Below are positions 35,291 through 35,819 of a stretch of DNA of 35,819 bases, one piece after another. The number at the start of each line of letters is the position of its first letter. Positions within the stretch are counted from its first letter, which is position 1. The position numbers were made by a program, and so were the translations under genes. Source of the stretch: a virus (taxonomy: Duplodnaviria > Heunggongvirae > Uroviricota > Caudoviricetes); IMG/VR virus record IMGVR_UViG_3300027896_000019, positions 1 to 35,819 of that record; one strand, given 5' to 3'. The notes beneath the pieces are model-generated. The model was not told the DNA's origin, ran no database searches, and saw only the letters and a list, made by a program, of their open reading frames with translations.

Positions 35291-35598
35291 CCTATTTTGA
35301 TTATTGGTATTTATTTACATATTTAACATGTTATATGGCTAATTTGTAGCTTAATAGTTTTTTTTATTTACTCAATGTACGGTAGAAGTAAATAACTTGT
35401 CTGTAAATGAGTGTATATGAAATATATGGTTGTAACGTAGTCATATCAAGGGGTTCAGCGTTTGAGTATTAATATTTATATAATGCGTGAAACGCAGTAG
35501 AACCAAGGGTCACAGGGTTTTGACTTATTTATTATTAATTTATCTCGGTATTAAAGTGAATCTAACATGATGTAGGTTATTTGGCATAGCGATTAACT

Positions 35599-35725
35599 AT
35601 AGTGTGGAATTGTAGAGTAATTTGACATAGTGTAGGATTGTAGGAGTAATATCTTATAGTGTAGGAATCTAGGAGTATAGAATTCTATAAGAGAAATTCC
35701 TTATAGTGTAGAATACTGGGAGTGG
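35599..35725. repeat. Four imperfect ~22-bp direct repeats with a 14-bp palindrome
   Basis: ATAGTGT(A/G)G...(T)AG(G)AGT at 35599, 35627, 35656, 35703; TATAGAATTCTATA at 35676-35689. Confidence 0.75.
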
Positions 35726-35819
35726 ACTGTGGTTAGCAAGTTCTATATGGATTTTTTTCAACGTAAAGTTACCCCGTACCTAAAACATAGATGTATCAAC
35801 GCTTTTAACCTTTTTTAAT

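Noticed and set aside
35599-35725. Terminal repeats as CRISPR array or protelomerase site
   Set aside because: Repeats are degenerate with gaps too short for spacers; the palindrome is only 14 bp, much shorter than known telomere resolution sites, and no protelomerase is in the window.
1-35819. tRNA/rRNA genes, integrase, transposase, introns/inteins, lysis genes, tape measure
   Set aside because: No recognisable signatures in this window; they may lie outside it.

Overview
A very AT-rich window from a large temperate tailed phage, probably infecting a Clostridia/Firmicutes host (inferred from sigmaA-type promoters, strong Shine-Dalgarno sites and composition). Essentially all real genes are on the minus strand. 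Reading in the direction of transcription (35819 to 1): (i) a ~1.2 kb non-coding region with direct repeats and five tandem sigmaA-like promoters, four of them followed by a short RNA and a hairpin; (ii) about 30 small early genes including a DUF2829/Tad2-like anti-defence protein, DUF1599, an orphan HigA-like protein and two pairs of paralogous Cys-rich microproteins; (iii) a regulatory region with two unannotated micro-ORFs, XRE and LuxR HTH genes; (iv) two apparent replication modules (wHTH protein + 27-bp inverted repeat + RecD2 helicase; Rep_3 initiator + six iterons), suggesting a phage-plasmid; (v) PhoH, YonK-like and metallophosphoesterase genes, then an SPbeta-like head/neck/tail module; (vi) directly after the putative tail tube gene, a glycan-building island (3 glycosyltransferases, 3 different methyltransferases, gmd and the start of a GDP-fucose synthase) that runs off the window edge. 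The island is the main candidate for an undescribed system (virion or host-surface decoration with a methylated, fucose-containing glycan). All family assignments are from motif recognition by eye, with no database search.
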